DNA of 33,133 bases from assembly GCA_003568945.1 (NCBI GenBank), contig BDIP01000079.1:1-33133 (forward strand), in the 5' to 3' direction. Within the stretch, counting starts at the first letter, position 1. Every line of letters begins with the position of its first letter. Shown here one piece after another: positions 21,751 to 33,133 of this stretch. The position numbers were made by a program, and so were the translations under genes. Source of the DNA: Kipferlia bialata. Taxonomy: Eukaryota. The notes beneath the pieces are model-generated. The model did no database searches and was not told where the DNA came from. It saw only the letters and a list, made by a program, of their open reading frames with translations.

Positions 21751-24747
21751 TTACTTCTTCTCCTCCTGCATCACCTTGATGGCAGCCTGGGCGGTAGCGA
21801 GGCGGGCACCGGGCACACGGAAGGGGGAGCAAGACACGTAAGAGAGTCCAAGCTTGCACAGGAACACGGCGGAGTCGGGGTCTCCACCCTGCTCTCCGCA
21901 GATACCCACGGACATGCCGGGGCGCACGGAACGGCCCTTCTCAACAGCCAACTTCATGAGCTGGCCAACACCATCCTGGTCGATGGTGGCGAAGGGGTCG
22001 GTGGGGAGGATGCCGTTCTCCTGGTAGGCAGGGATGAACTTGGAGCCATCGTCACGGGAGATACCGAAGGTGGTCTGGGTGAGGTCGTTGGTTCCGAAGG
22101 AGAAGTACTCGGCGTGCTCAGCGATCTGGTCGGCCACAAGGCAAGCACGGGGAAGCTCGATCATGGTTCCGCACTTGAACTTGACAACAACGCCCTCGGC
22201 GTCCATGACCTCCTTGGCGATGCGGGTCACGAGCTCCTTGAGGCGGGCCATCTCCTTGTCGGAGAAGAGCACGGGGATCATGATCTCGGGAAGGCACACA
22301 ACACCCTCAGTCTGCACAACAACGGCAGCCTGCATGATGGCGCGGACCTGCATCTCAGAGATCTCGGGGTACAGAACTCCGAGACGGACTCCGCGGAATC
22401 CAAGCATGGGGTTGGACTCGTGGAGGGAGCGGATGGTGGACACGTACTTCTCGTAGGTGATGCCGATCTGCTTGGCGTGGGTCTTGATGTAGTCGACCTC
22501 CTCAAGGTGGGGGAGGAACTCGTGCAGGGGGGGGTCGAGGAGACGGATGTTCACGGGGAGGCCGTCCATGGCACGGAAGATGCCCTCGAAGTCAGACTGC
22601 TGGAAGGGCAGAAGGCGGGACAGGGCCTCGGAACGGACCTCAAAGCTCTCAGCGAGAATCATCTCACGCACAACACCGATACGCTCCTTCTCGAAGAACA
22701 TGTGCTCGGTACGGCAGAGACCAACACCCTCACATCCGAAACGACGGGCAGCAGCGCAGTCAGCGGGGTTGTCAGCGTTGGTGCGGATCTTCATGGTGCG
22801 GTACTCGTCAGCCCAGGCCATGATCTGGTTGAATCCCTCGCCGAACTCGACGTCAACAGTGGGGACCTGGCCGTCGTAGATCTCACCGTTGCCTCCATCG
22901 ATGGAGAGGTAGTCTCCCTCCTGGTAGACGCGGTCACCGATGGTGAGGGTCTTGTTGTCCATGTTGATGTGGCAGCATCCGGCACCGACAACAGCGGTCC
23001 TTCCCATTCCACGGGCCACAACGGCAGCGTGGGAGGAGAGGCCTCCACGGACGGTCAGAACACCAGCGGCGGTAACCATGCCCTCGATATCCTCGGGGGT
23101 GGTCTCCTCACGCACGAGGATAACCTTCTTGCCGGCAGCGGCCCACTCGCAGCAAGCGTCGGAGTGGAACACGATCTGTCCAACAGCGGCACCGGGGGAG
23201 GCGTTGAGGCCCTTGCCGATGACGGTCTTGGCGGCCTTCTTGTCGAACATGGGGAAGAGCACCTCAGAGAGCTTGGCGGGGTCCATGCGGAGAAGAGCCT
23301 CCTCCTTGGTGATCAGACCCTCCTTGATGAGGTCAAGAGCGATCTGGATCATGGCAGCACCGGTACGCTTTCCGGCACGGGCCTGGAGCATCCAGAGCTT
23401 GCCCTCCTCGATGGTGAACTCCAGATCAACCATGTCCTTGTAGTAGCCCTCAAGGGTCTCCATGATCTTAACGAGCTGGGCAGAGATACCGGCCCACATG
23501 GGTCCCATGGTGGTCATCTGAGAGAACTGGAGGGGAGTGCGGATTCCAGCAACAACATCCTCGCCCTGGGCGTTGGTCAGGAACTCTCCGTAGATCTCCT
23601 TGATTCCAGTGGAGGCGTTACGGGTGAAGGCAACACCAGTGCCGGAGGTCTCACCCATGTTACCGAAGCACATAGCCATGACGGTCACACCAGTGCCGAT
23701 AACCTCAGCAGAGATCTTGTTGATCCTACGGTAGGAGATGGCACGGGGGTTGTTCCAGGAGTCGAACACGGCAGAGATACCGGTGGCGAGCTGGGTCTTG
23801 GGGTCCTGGGGGAAGGGGGCGCCGGTCTTCTTGGCGACGTACTCCTTGTAGGAGATGATGAGCTCCTTGAGGTGCTCCACGGTCATGTCAGTGTCTCCCT
23901 TGATGGAGTACTTGGCCTTGAGAGCGTTGAGGATCTTCTCAAAGTCGTGGTGCTCGCATCCTAAAGGTAAGTACAGGACCAGTAAAGGAAATATGCCCTA
24001 GTAGGGAACCAAGATACATATACATACACAACACGTACCGAGCACAACGTCTCCGTACATCTGGATGAACCTACGGTAGGCGTCGAAAGCGAAACGCTCG
24101 TTGCCGGTCTTCTTGGCGAGGCCAGCGACGGCAGCGTCGTTGAGTCCGAGGTTGAGGACAGTGTCCATCATTCCTAATATGAGGAGACTCCACTACTGTA
24201 GACAGTCAATACATCAAAACTAGAAATAGACAAACACATACCGGGCATGGAGACGGCAGCTCCAGAACGCACAGAGAGGAGGAGGGGGTCCTCAGTGGAT
24301 CCGAAGGACTTTCCGAGGTCCTTCTCAAGGCGAGCGATGTAGGTGTCGAGCTCCTCCTCAAGACCCTGACGTCAGTACAACAAGGGAAATGAAGAACTAA
24401 ACCCAGCAAAGATGAACAGTGGACCCATGAGTCATACCTTGGGCCACTTGTTGCCGGACAGGATGTAGGCCTGGCAGGTGGGGCAAGAGATGGTGAATCC
24501 GGGGGGCACGGGGAGTCCTGGGAGTCAAAACAACCAATCTAACCACAAATTCATCCAAGGACAATAAAAAGAGCCAACAAGCAACGAGTGACTAGAAACA
24601 AAGAAGTAATTGAAGGACTAAACTGTACATACCCATGTTGGTCATCACACCAAGGGAGATTCCCTTTCCTCCAAGCACAAGCTTGGCGCCGGGGCCGGAG
24701 GGGTTTCCCTCACCGAAGTAGTAGCAGTACTTGTCAAGGGTAGCCAT
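21751..24747 (-). CDS. PPDK: Pyruvate phosphate dikinase (887 aa, 5 exons)
   Basis: Exons 24747-24633, 24517-24438, 24365-24242, 24173-24039, 23960-21751 (2664 nt). Motifs [70 protein letters not shown]. Confidence 0.98.
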
Positions 24748-25050
24748 TTTTGTGCAAAGAAGGTGTGTCACTCGGTGATGATTTGTTTTTGATTGATTGA
24801 CGAGTAATAGGGGTATGGTTCATTTGCAATTTGTATCATCAAAAACAATGTTTTTGGATATTGGTGACCCACAGCCATCAGCCTACTCGTTTGGCATAAT
24901 TCACAACTCAAAACGCGTTGAGACACCCTGCACGGCAATGCATACGATAATAAGCAGATCAGTAGAGCATTAGTTCCAATACACACTATTATTCTCTGCG
25001 TTACTGGTATATTCCTCTATTCGTGTTCTTACATATGTGTTGAAGAGACA

Positions 25051-28000
25051 CTACAGCAGGGTCTGACCCTGAGCACTGTCTATGCGCCTCTGCTCACGCT
25101 CAGCCATGGCCTGTGCCTATAAATTAGAAACAGAAACTTGTGTGACAGATTAGATATAATGAACATAATATATACCCATACACTTCTAGTACCTGTCTCT
25201 TGATGCTCTCTCTGTCCATGATGACGCTCTCCTTGGCCTTCTCCTTGGGCTCCTCAGCACGGGTAGTGTCAATGTCTGTGGTAAGGCATACATTGACAGA
25301 GGAGGCGTATCAGATGGGGGACATAAGGTACCTTGCTGCTCGTCTGGGAAGTCGATCCTCTTGTTGGACGAGGGAAGGTTGGACGCCATGAAGAGTGATC
25401 TGTCGTCTCCCAGCTCCTCCTCCAGCTCCATGACACCTGAGTGAGATGGTAGTAACACAGAACAGACTGAGTATACAATACATACCCTGGGGAATAGTGC
25501 CACCACTGTCCAGAATGACTCTCCGGAGACGCATCAGCTTGTCCTGGACGGTAAGACAGAGAGAATGGGCGGAAACACAACGATACATAATAGCGGAGCA
25601 TTAGCCACTATATGTACCTGTGCGACTAATAGCAGTGTGCGCAGGGCCTCTGTGTTCTGTACTCCCTCCTCTGGCTCAATAGGGGTCTCATCGGATGGCA
25701 GGATAGGTCTGGAAGTAAGGGGTCGAATCCATAGAGAAGACGTGTGTCTACCAACACAATCGCATCTGACCGAACCTGAGAGTATCTGCAATGTGTCTTG
25801 CTCCACTAAGGAGGGAGGCCACCAGGAACTCTGCCCTGCTGTATCTGTCCCTGGCTCTGTCGGCCTAAGGGGTTATAGACAGGTAGAGGTGGGAAGGAGA
25901 CATACACCACTGACAGCGGCATAAGAATACTCATATACATAACACCAATGGGCATACCTTCTGTCTCTTCAAGTTGATCTCCTCCTCCAGCTGCTCAATA
26001 ACACGGCGGGTCCTGGATGTCAGACAGAGCAAACACATACCGTAGTATGATACCACACATGCATACCTTCCTCCAGCCTCTGCACCGAACTTGACATCGC
26101 TGAGAGTCTGCCTAGTGTGCATGATCCTAAGGGTAAGAGACCAGAAAGACCTGAGTATTCGAAGCTTACATAATAGGGTTAGCAAACTGAGAGGGACAAG
26201 AATGCGCAACCAAACACAAACAGACAACCGGTGAAGAATGTAAGACAGACACAATCCCCTCCCCACCTGTCCTTGAGAGAGGACACCTTGGACAGATTGC
26301 CATCAATGAGAGCCTCCAGCGACACACGGGTCTGGAGATGAGGGGAGGCACACAACACAGGGGCAAGGGGACACAACTAGAGAGCGAGTACACAAATAGA
26401 GACTGGGACCTCATGCCAGTGTGACTGCCAAAGGCATATATCATATATATCTACTAACACACGTACCGAGTCAAGGCTCATGTACTTCTCCATAAACTCC
26501 TCTGGGGTGTTAATGCCGCTGTTGGCCACAACCCTCATGAAGGCAGCCTAGGGTGAGGGTGCACATACAACATTGATTAGGAGAGCGAGAGACAGGCAAC
26601 ATGATGACCCAATCCATACCTTATGTGGGGTCAGTCCCTCTATATCCCCCATCTCTGGCTCTGGCTCAGACTCCACGTGTAGCGTCTCTGAGGCCAGGCG
26701 CTCCTCGGCCTCCTGTGGGTGAGACTCAATCCACCTGTGGCCGAAATGACACCGGGTATATATAGAGTATGCAGAGTATACAGAGTGAGGGGAGGAACAT
26801 AGAGAGAGACACCATGGGACCCGCCCTACCTGTCTGTCCTGTGCCTCGAGAGCTGCCATCTCCACAGCCCTCATGCGCTCCTGCCTCTTGTCTGCCTGTC
26901 TCTGTGTACGCTCCAGTGACACCTAAAGGTGAGGAAGAGACCATGTCAGGAATGAAGAGTGCGCAGAACGGTTCCCTCATTTGACATACCTCAACCTCGC
27001 CCCGCCTCTCCTCAAGCCCACTCTGCCTCAGCCTCCTGTCCTCCTCTAGCCTCGAAGAGAATGCCTCCAGCTACAGGTCAGAGACACAGGAGGGAGGGGG
27101 TCCAACGGGAACATGATACATTCACTAATCACCCACCTCAGTCTTGGCCACCTTGGCTGCATTCCTGGCCTCGTCCAGCAGTATCCTGGGATAAGAGGCG
27201 ACACAGTGATAAAGAAGAGAGAGAGAGCTGTGGAATAATACCTGGCATCGTCCAGACCATATAGCCTCAATAAATACATGTATATGCATGTGTGTATACC
27301 TGACATCGTCCAGGTCCTTGCTCTTGATGTTGCCCACACGGTTCAGAGCAGCAAGCTGGGATTAGGGGAAGATGGAGGGTGGGTGTTACACACCATATAC
27401 ACTCAAAATATGGTATGGGTACCTGGCTGTCAAATGTGGCCCTCTCCTCTGTCAGCTTCTGCAGGATGGCCTGGTAGGTCCGATGTACAGACTGTGCCTC
27501 GTTCTTCTTGATCAAGGCCTGGGGATTAACAATAGAGGTCCATTCAATTGCTGCAAGAGACTAGCTACACTAAAGACTCTACTCAGCATTACATATCAAT
27601 AGATACCTGGTCCAGCTGAGTCTCCAGCTTACGGATGTTGCCAGCATCTGGGTCAGAGGCAGACTCAATCCTGGGGTCAGGAGAATGTATAACGAATAAT
27701 GAAGAATAATGAAGAGACTCAGAGGCTGGCACTCTAATGTCTGATATGCCACAACTCCACAGCATCAGGGACAATACCTGTGGATCTCCTTGTCTAGCAG
27801 TCTAACCTCTGTCTGAACACTGTCTATCTTCCTCTTGACGGCAATCCTATGGGTAAGACAGATGACTATGATACCGATTCCTCGACAATGCACTATACAT
27901 ACACAATCCAGGACATCCAAACACATACCTGTTGCTCTTTTCGTTGTCTAGCTTGCGCCTCAGCTCCGAAATGGCCAGGTTGAGCTTGTCCAGCTCCTTC

Positions 28001-28462
28001 ATCATGGACTGGGGAGAAACCCTGATATGAGAGACGCATATGAGAGACACCAGGACTCTGACAAATATGACAATGCCATGACAACGCATCCATTCAAGAA
28101 GCAGCGCACCGCATACATCAAACTGACAGATACACTTACAGAAACAAAGACAACGGCACCTTGTGTTCTCTAGCTGGAGAAGGGTCTTCTTCAGCTGACG
28201 GTTCTCCTTCCTCAGAGCGTCAATCACATTCGTGTGCTCACGGATAGTCCTCTTGCTGTTCTCGTAGTGGGCTTTCCGGTCACCCTCTGCAATATGAGTG
28301 GGTGAAAGGAACATAACCAGGAGGGAAAAGGTACAACCGGCCAAACAGCCACATACCAAGCAGTTTGAACCGCCGATCCAGTTGCATGTATTCCTTCGTG
28401 GTGGCATCCAACTGCTCGCCATACTCCTGCATCTCTGGAGCCACTAGGCGATGAAAACTCAT
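25051..28462 (-). CDS. CCDC151: Outer dynein arm docking/assembly coiled-coil protein, CCDC151/ODAD3 (ODA3/ODA10-type), multi-exon
   Basis: Spliced motifs FKLLEGDRKAHYENSKRTI...IDALRKEN; IRKLETQLDQ...IKKNEAQSVHRTYQAILQKLTEERATFDSQ; C-terminal MDRESIKRQAQ; stop TAG at 25051-25053. Confidence 0.8.
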
Positions 28463-28852
28463 CTATTCACAGAGCTCAGAACTTCAGGCAAAATCATCGC
28501 AAAAACAACTAAATTGAATTGAGGGTGCCAGTCTGGCGACACTGTTCTGAATTGTCTATTCATGAGTCACACTTGTGACTCACAGTCATAGCGATAGCTC
28601 TATCTCTCATAGGTACTATCTCTCATAGGTTCTATAATAGATCATCCATTGGATCGCCAGGAACAGTCGCCACCACCCCAAGTTACCTGTTCTATGTGAG
28701 AGAGTGTGTGTGTGTGCCACTGGGCATATAGAGTGCCAGGGGGCATATAGGACAAGGGTGTTGTCCTCACCCGTGTTCCTTGGCATTGATATCCCGGATA
28801 GCTCCCTCGTGGGGGGGGAGGAGGGGGACAGAACCGCACAATAGCTTGGTTT

Positions 28853-29584
28853 CTATTTGATCTGACATAGAGAATCTCCTCTTCCCTCCCTCTTCGCAAC
28901 ACACCGAATGGAGAAAGAGTGGGTACTAGTATTCATAACGTGTGGCTCAAGCAACTTAGCCTTAGTGCTGAGGACCTCCCTCTTGACGGCCGCTGCAGCC
29001 AAGAGGGCTCTTCTCTTTCTCCTTCTCTCCAAAACCTCTCTCTCTCTTTCCTCTGCCACCTTCTTTGCCCTTGCAATCTCCTTCTGCTTTAGTCTCTCCC
29101 GGAATTCGGCATCCTTCTCCGGCTGGGGATTCTCTCTGGACATCTCCTTATCGGCTCTCGTCAGGATCTTGTAGTCACGCAGAAGCGCAGCCACTCTGGC
29201 ATCCATACTGAGGTCAGAAAGCAAAGCTACAGCCTGAATGGGGGGGGGGCATAATTAAGACGACCACTGCTGCCCAGTCCAAGGCAAATATCCTAGGAAA
29301 CAGTTGTGGCAAACAAACTCAGTGACCCACCTGTCCGATAACAACCAAGCAGTCTCACGGTCAGCCTCCGTCAGGTCTTCCCCTTGTGTATGTATGATCT
29401 TGTGTTAGCCAAAATTTCAACACAACGATCCCTGTAACCCCAAGAAGTCCAAAGAGAGCAAGCAAGGTCCAAGTATACATCAGGAGGACACACTCACCAG
29501 CTGGAGTCTCTGGTGGTCATCCATGACCTTCTGCCGAGTCCGCTGGTACTCACCCCAGCTCTTTGAAGGTGGGGGTAGTTTCAT
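28853..29584 (-). CDS. Hypothetical charged alpha-helical protein (169 aa, 3 exons)
   Basis: Exons 29584-29498, 29398-29331 and 29207-28853 join in phase with consensus acceptors (ctaacacaag, ctgacctcag). E/R/K-rich helix; the stop overlaps AATAGA. Confidence 0.6.
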
Positions 29585-29961
29585 TATGGAAAGAATGACA
29601 CTAGGCTCTGAAGAGACTACACTCGGGTCATGGTACTTCACAGAATCGCAAAAATGATTGAGGGTCGCTTATGTAGATCTACACGATTCTCTTGTTACTA
29701 GGCCTACTAGGCCTAGTAGGTACCACAAGACATGTCTATGGACCATGCTTAAGACCGATTCCATTTTCGGGCCAGGACAAGGCTTGAGTGTGTCTAAGCC
29801 TAGATGTCAGCGGTGTCCCTCTGACACAATGCGTATAGTTCTAGGCTCCCTAGTCCGTTTGAGAGTGGGTGACTTTATAGACTCTTCTTTCTCAGGATTA
29901 AACGGTTTTGGTGCTTGTCGATGTTCTTCATATGTGTCACAAGTATCAGGGAAGTGACAGA

Positions 29962-31129
29962 GTCATCTGTTACCGCCCATCATCTCCATACATGAAAGGG
30001 AGGAGGTCGGAGTCGTCGTGGACTGCATAGGGAGACGTCATGTGGAGAGACGACAACGATCCCACCAAACAAATAATACTTCAGCATCTATGAACCTCTC
30101 TTCTCGTTGAAAAGTGTTTATCACGTCAGTGCCCAGTATAGCCCTCCTTCAAGTCTCTCTCTCTCTCTCTCTCCCTCCACTCTACATTCTTCCGATGCCA
30201 CTCACTCATCCACTCATACGCATACCACTCATCATCGCTGCGCTCCAGCTGAGGGCGCCTCCTGGATGCATGGCGCAAGTGCTTGAGAATCCTGAGATCA
30301 GTACATTGTACTAACTTATACTTGTATATAACGTAATGTTGCAAGAATATGCACTGTTGGTATCGGGTCTAGACATGCTGTTTGTTGCAAGGAATGTATA
30401 CCCATCATATATCTGCTCAACACGGCAATAAGGATACCTTTCCCTCTTCTCGGGACTGAAAGACTTCCATGTACCAGCTGGAACAGGATCAGGCATCGTA
30501 TCCTAAGGTTATCGCAGACACTAATACAGATGTATACATACATGACGAAAGAGAGAGAGGAAGAGAGAGAGAGAGATACATGAAGGGAATGGATCTCCTT
30601 AATAGACTACTCCAATACAGTCTTAAAGTATACGTATGTATTGCATATGACACAAATATCGTATAGAGGAAGATAGAATCTGACTAGTACCCAAACATAC
30701 ATATGTGGAATTGTATACAAAATGGGTACATTCTTGGTCAGTACAGTTACACAGTCGTATTAGATCTATAATAACATACTCGATACACTCACCGGGTCAT
30801 CCCCCAGTTCGCTGACACAGGGCTCAGGAATGCGGCGTGAGAAGCCGTTACGGTAAATCTCCTCTATTTCTGGCACTGTAGGTTTTTTAGGAGACTTCTG
30901 TGCCTCTCTGGCCTACGGTAAGACCAGCAATGAGGGAGAGGGAAGTCAAAGAATCCTGGAAACGTACCTTCTGTGCTTGGTAGGCCAGATGCTCCCTGTT
31001 CGACTCCTCCAACATCGCCATCACCTCTCCCGAAGACGGAAGATAAGCCTCATACTCATCTGATTCAGATGAGTCATCTGAATCGGTTGATGGTAACCTA
31101 GGGCCGAGGGTTGCCGTCTTCTGAGCCAT
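29962..31129 (-). CDS. Hypothetical multi-exon protein; 3' end uncertain
   Basis: In-phase chain MAQKTAT...YQAQK | AREAQKSPKK...GDDP | DTMPDPVPAGTWKSFSPEKRER | ILKHLRHASRRRPQLERSDDEW. The final exon(s) near 30030-29960 are not resolved. Confidence 0.55.
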
Positions 31130-31474
31130 CTGACTAGTCTAAGCTCAGTTAGCCTAATACAATACTCTGAAGTACTACTAGGCCTAGTATTTGCTGGCTA
31201 CAGAGACCTCAGTCGTGACAATCTAGATCTTCCCCTTTTCTTGTTTTTGGCACCTTATTTAGGCGCCTTTGTGTTCAAAGGTACCAGGCCCTTACACTTG
31301 AACGAGTGGGGCCGACTCAGAGGCACAGTCGATCCACACACACAACACAATATATATTTGTCACTGTCCACTCTTGGGAACCAGTAATGACACACACGGC
31401 CAAGCACAGAAGAAATTTTCAAGAGATGGGTACAATGCAGCTCCTAAGACTCTGATCAGAGGAGATGTACCACA

Positions 31475-32464
31475 CTAAATGGCGAGGCCGTCTGTCTCCT
31501 GTCCGAGGACGAGAGTGGAGAGACCTCCACATGCCACACATACACGATGTTGCCACCGCTGATGTTGGATGAGAGCGGAGCCTGATCTAGGTGACACCGG
31601 TCTGCTCACCTGGCAGCCGGCACATTGGTGTCTCTGCTCCACTTGAAGGAGCAGCACAGCAGCAACTGGTCTGGGAGTGTGGCGGTGTACAACTCGCACA
31701 CAGCGGCTCATGGTGACAATGACACTCATCCCATCCACCCTAGAGTGACAGCCCTGCTCAGGTACTCCTGGACACCGGGACCGCACACCTTGAGAGTGAA
31801 CGCATTCTCAGCCTCGGGGGTCTGGGCCTTGGAGCTGTCACGATGCACCCGGAGACCACTGACCACAGAGGTCCAAACCTCCTAAGGGTTAGCATCTAAC
31901 AAACAGTGGATTCACAAGAAACATAGAGCATGTAATAGAAAGAGACCGGCTAGGCATGAGTTAGGGTGTCCCAATACACCATGACACTTACCATTGGGAG
32001 GAACTCTCCAACTGCGGACAGCTGGGCGTACTCGTGGAGCTCCTGCCTGGGTAAGGATCAGCAACCAAACACTACAACACTACATCCCATAGACACACAC
32101 GTACCGGGACTCGATGGTGTCTTCGACCTCCTCACCATCATCCAGCCAGTCGAACAGAAGGTCCGTCTGGGCATCTGTGAGAACCAGAAGTGGCACGGGA
32201 GCTATTGTCATGTAGTACATGCTGAGGTTGGTATTGAAGCAAACGAACACAAGCTACTGTCAGATGGATATTGATGGGAAACAAGACAACTTACATGGTG
32301 GCTACCAAGTAGCGACTGAACCTCTGGAGCTTCACGTCATCGATCTCCTTGTTCCCACAGACGATGTGCCTGCGGACAGAGGATCCTACCAAATCTGGTT
32401 GAAATGCGCGTGGCACAGGAATCTCACCCTGCTTGAACCCCCTAGGCTCCGTAACCACTACCAT
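31475..32464 (-). CDS. C4 zinc-ribbon protein, possibly Rpp21/Rpr2/Snm1 (RNase P/MRP) family (226 aa, 5 exons)
   Basis: Exons 32464-32295, 32221-32105, 32046-31992, 31881-31739 and 31670-31475 join in phase. C-terminus: EYLSRAVTLG..AVLL...QRHQCAGC-x24-CVACG. Confidence 0.5.
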
Positions 32465-32615
32465 CGAAGAGACCTCAGTCTGACTCGGACTCAGAGCTGT
32501 GCCTATACCCCTTCATGTTTTTGGTACCTTTAAGCGCCTTTGTGGTTCAAACTTTGAACTTCAAAGGACTCTAGGGCCAGTTGAGCTGACTGGACCACTC
32601 TTTAGCCAGCACCCC

Positions 32616-33133
32616 ATGTACTGCAACAGTACGTCGAAACCCGTATACCTATCAGTATTCTCTCGCCCTTGATATATATCGTATCTGTATTGGGAGGCGC
32701 TGCGTGTGCTATAGTCGGTAGTTGATGCTCAGTCTCACACAATACTACTGTTATGTACAACTTTACTGATATGCTTGCTGGCTTATCTACCAATTCATGT
32801 GTCCATGGCGTCCTCCTATTATACATGTTTGTCGGGATGGGTGATAAGATGTGTTTCTCTTCCGAACTGTACTTCTCTGGCTTTCCCACACAACCTCACC
32901 TCCAGTCTCTGGCCAGGTCACAGACCACCCCGTCGTCACCAAGTCGGGCCATATCTATGATAAGGTTCGGACCCAAGTGGTGCTTTGTGTTGTTAGTGGA
33001 GGCTCCATTCTTGAACAGAACAAGCTCCTTTCGGATGTATCAAATACTTGCTAATTGCTGATACTGACACTAACCCCTAGCAGCTGATCGAGCGCTACAT
33101 CGACAAGGTGGGCAAGTGCCCTGCCACTGGCGA
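32616..33133 (+). CDS. PRPF19: Pre-mRNA processing factor 19 (U-box), 5' part
   Basis: Exons 32616-32628, 32906-32964 and 33081-> give MYCNISGQVTDHPVVTKSGHIYDKQLIERYIDKVGKCPATG, the Prp19 N-terminal U-box. The gene runs off the right edge. Confidence 0.88.

Noticed and set aside
22114..23964. 616-aa plus-strand ORF
   Set aside because: Antisense shadow of the strongly codon-biased PPDK (C-ending codons leave no stops on the opposite strand).
32629..32905. Longer first intron of PRPF19 as a possible snoRNA host
   Set aside because: No convincing C/D or H/ACA arrangement found.

Overview
Eukaryotic, intron-rich genomic DNA with GT-AG introns and (CT)n/(TA)n/poly-C-rich introns; no prokaryotic features. 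The PPDK has Giardia-type signatures, and with the intron style this points to a free-living fornicate such as Kipferlia (inference). Genes spliced by hand: an HGSNAT/DUF1624-like membrane acyltransferase (running off the left edge), an eIF5A-fold paralog lacking the hypusine lysine, a low-complexity ORF, a kelch-like protein, a ~2125-aa gene, a coiled-coil gene, Sec61-gamma, RPS2, PPDK, CCDC151/ODAD3, two hypothetical proteins, an Rpp21-like zinc ribbon protein and the start of Prp19. In the ~2125-aa gene a 4-exon fragment of ubiquitin E1 (UBA1) is spliced in frame to about three degenerate alpha/beta cassettes. Most notable: (1) introns carrying decayed copies ('echoes') of their own exon boundaries, splice site included; (2) the UBA1-fragment chimera; (3) the hypusine-less eIF5A paralog; (4) a recurrent AATAGA 3' signal, branch points fused to the 3' splice site, and several shared promoter motifs. 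All family calls come from motifs recognised by eye; no searches were run.
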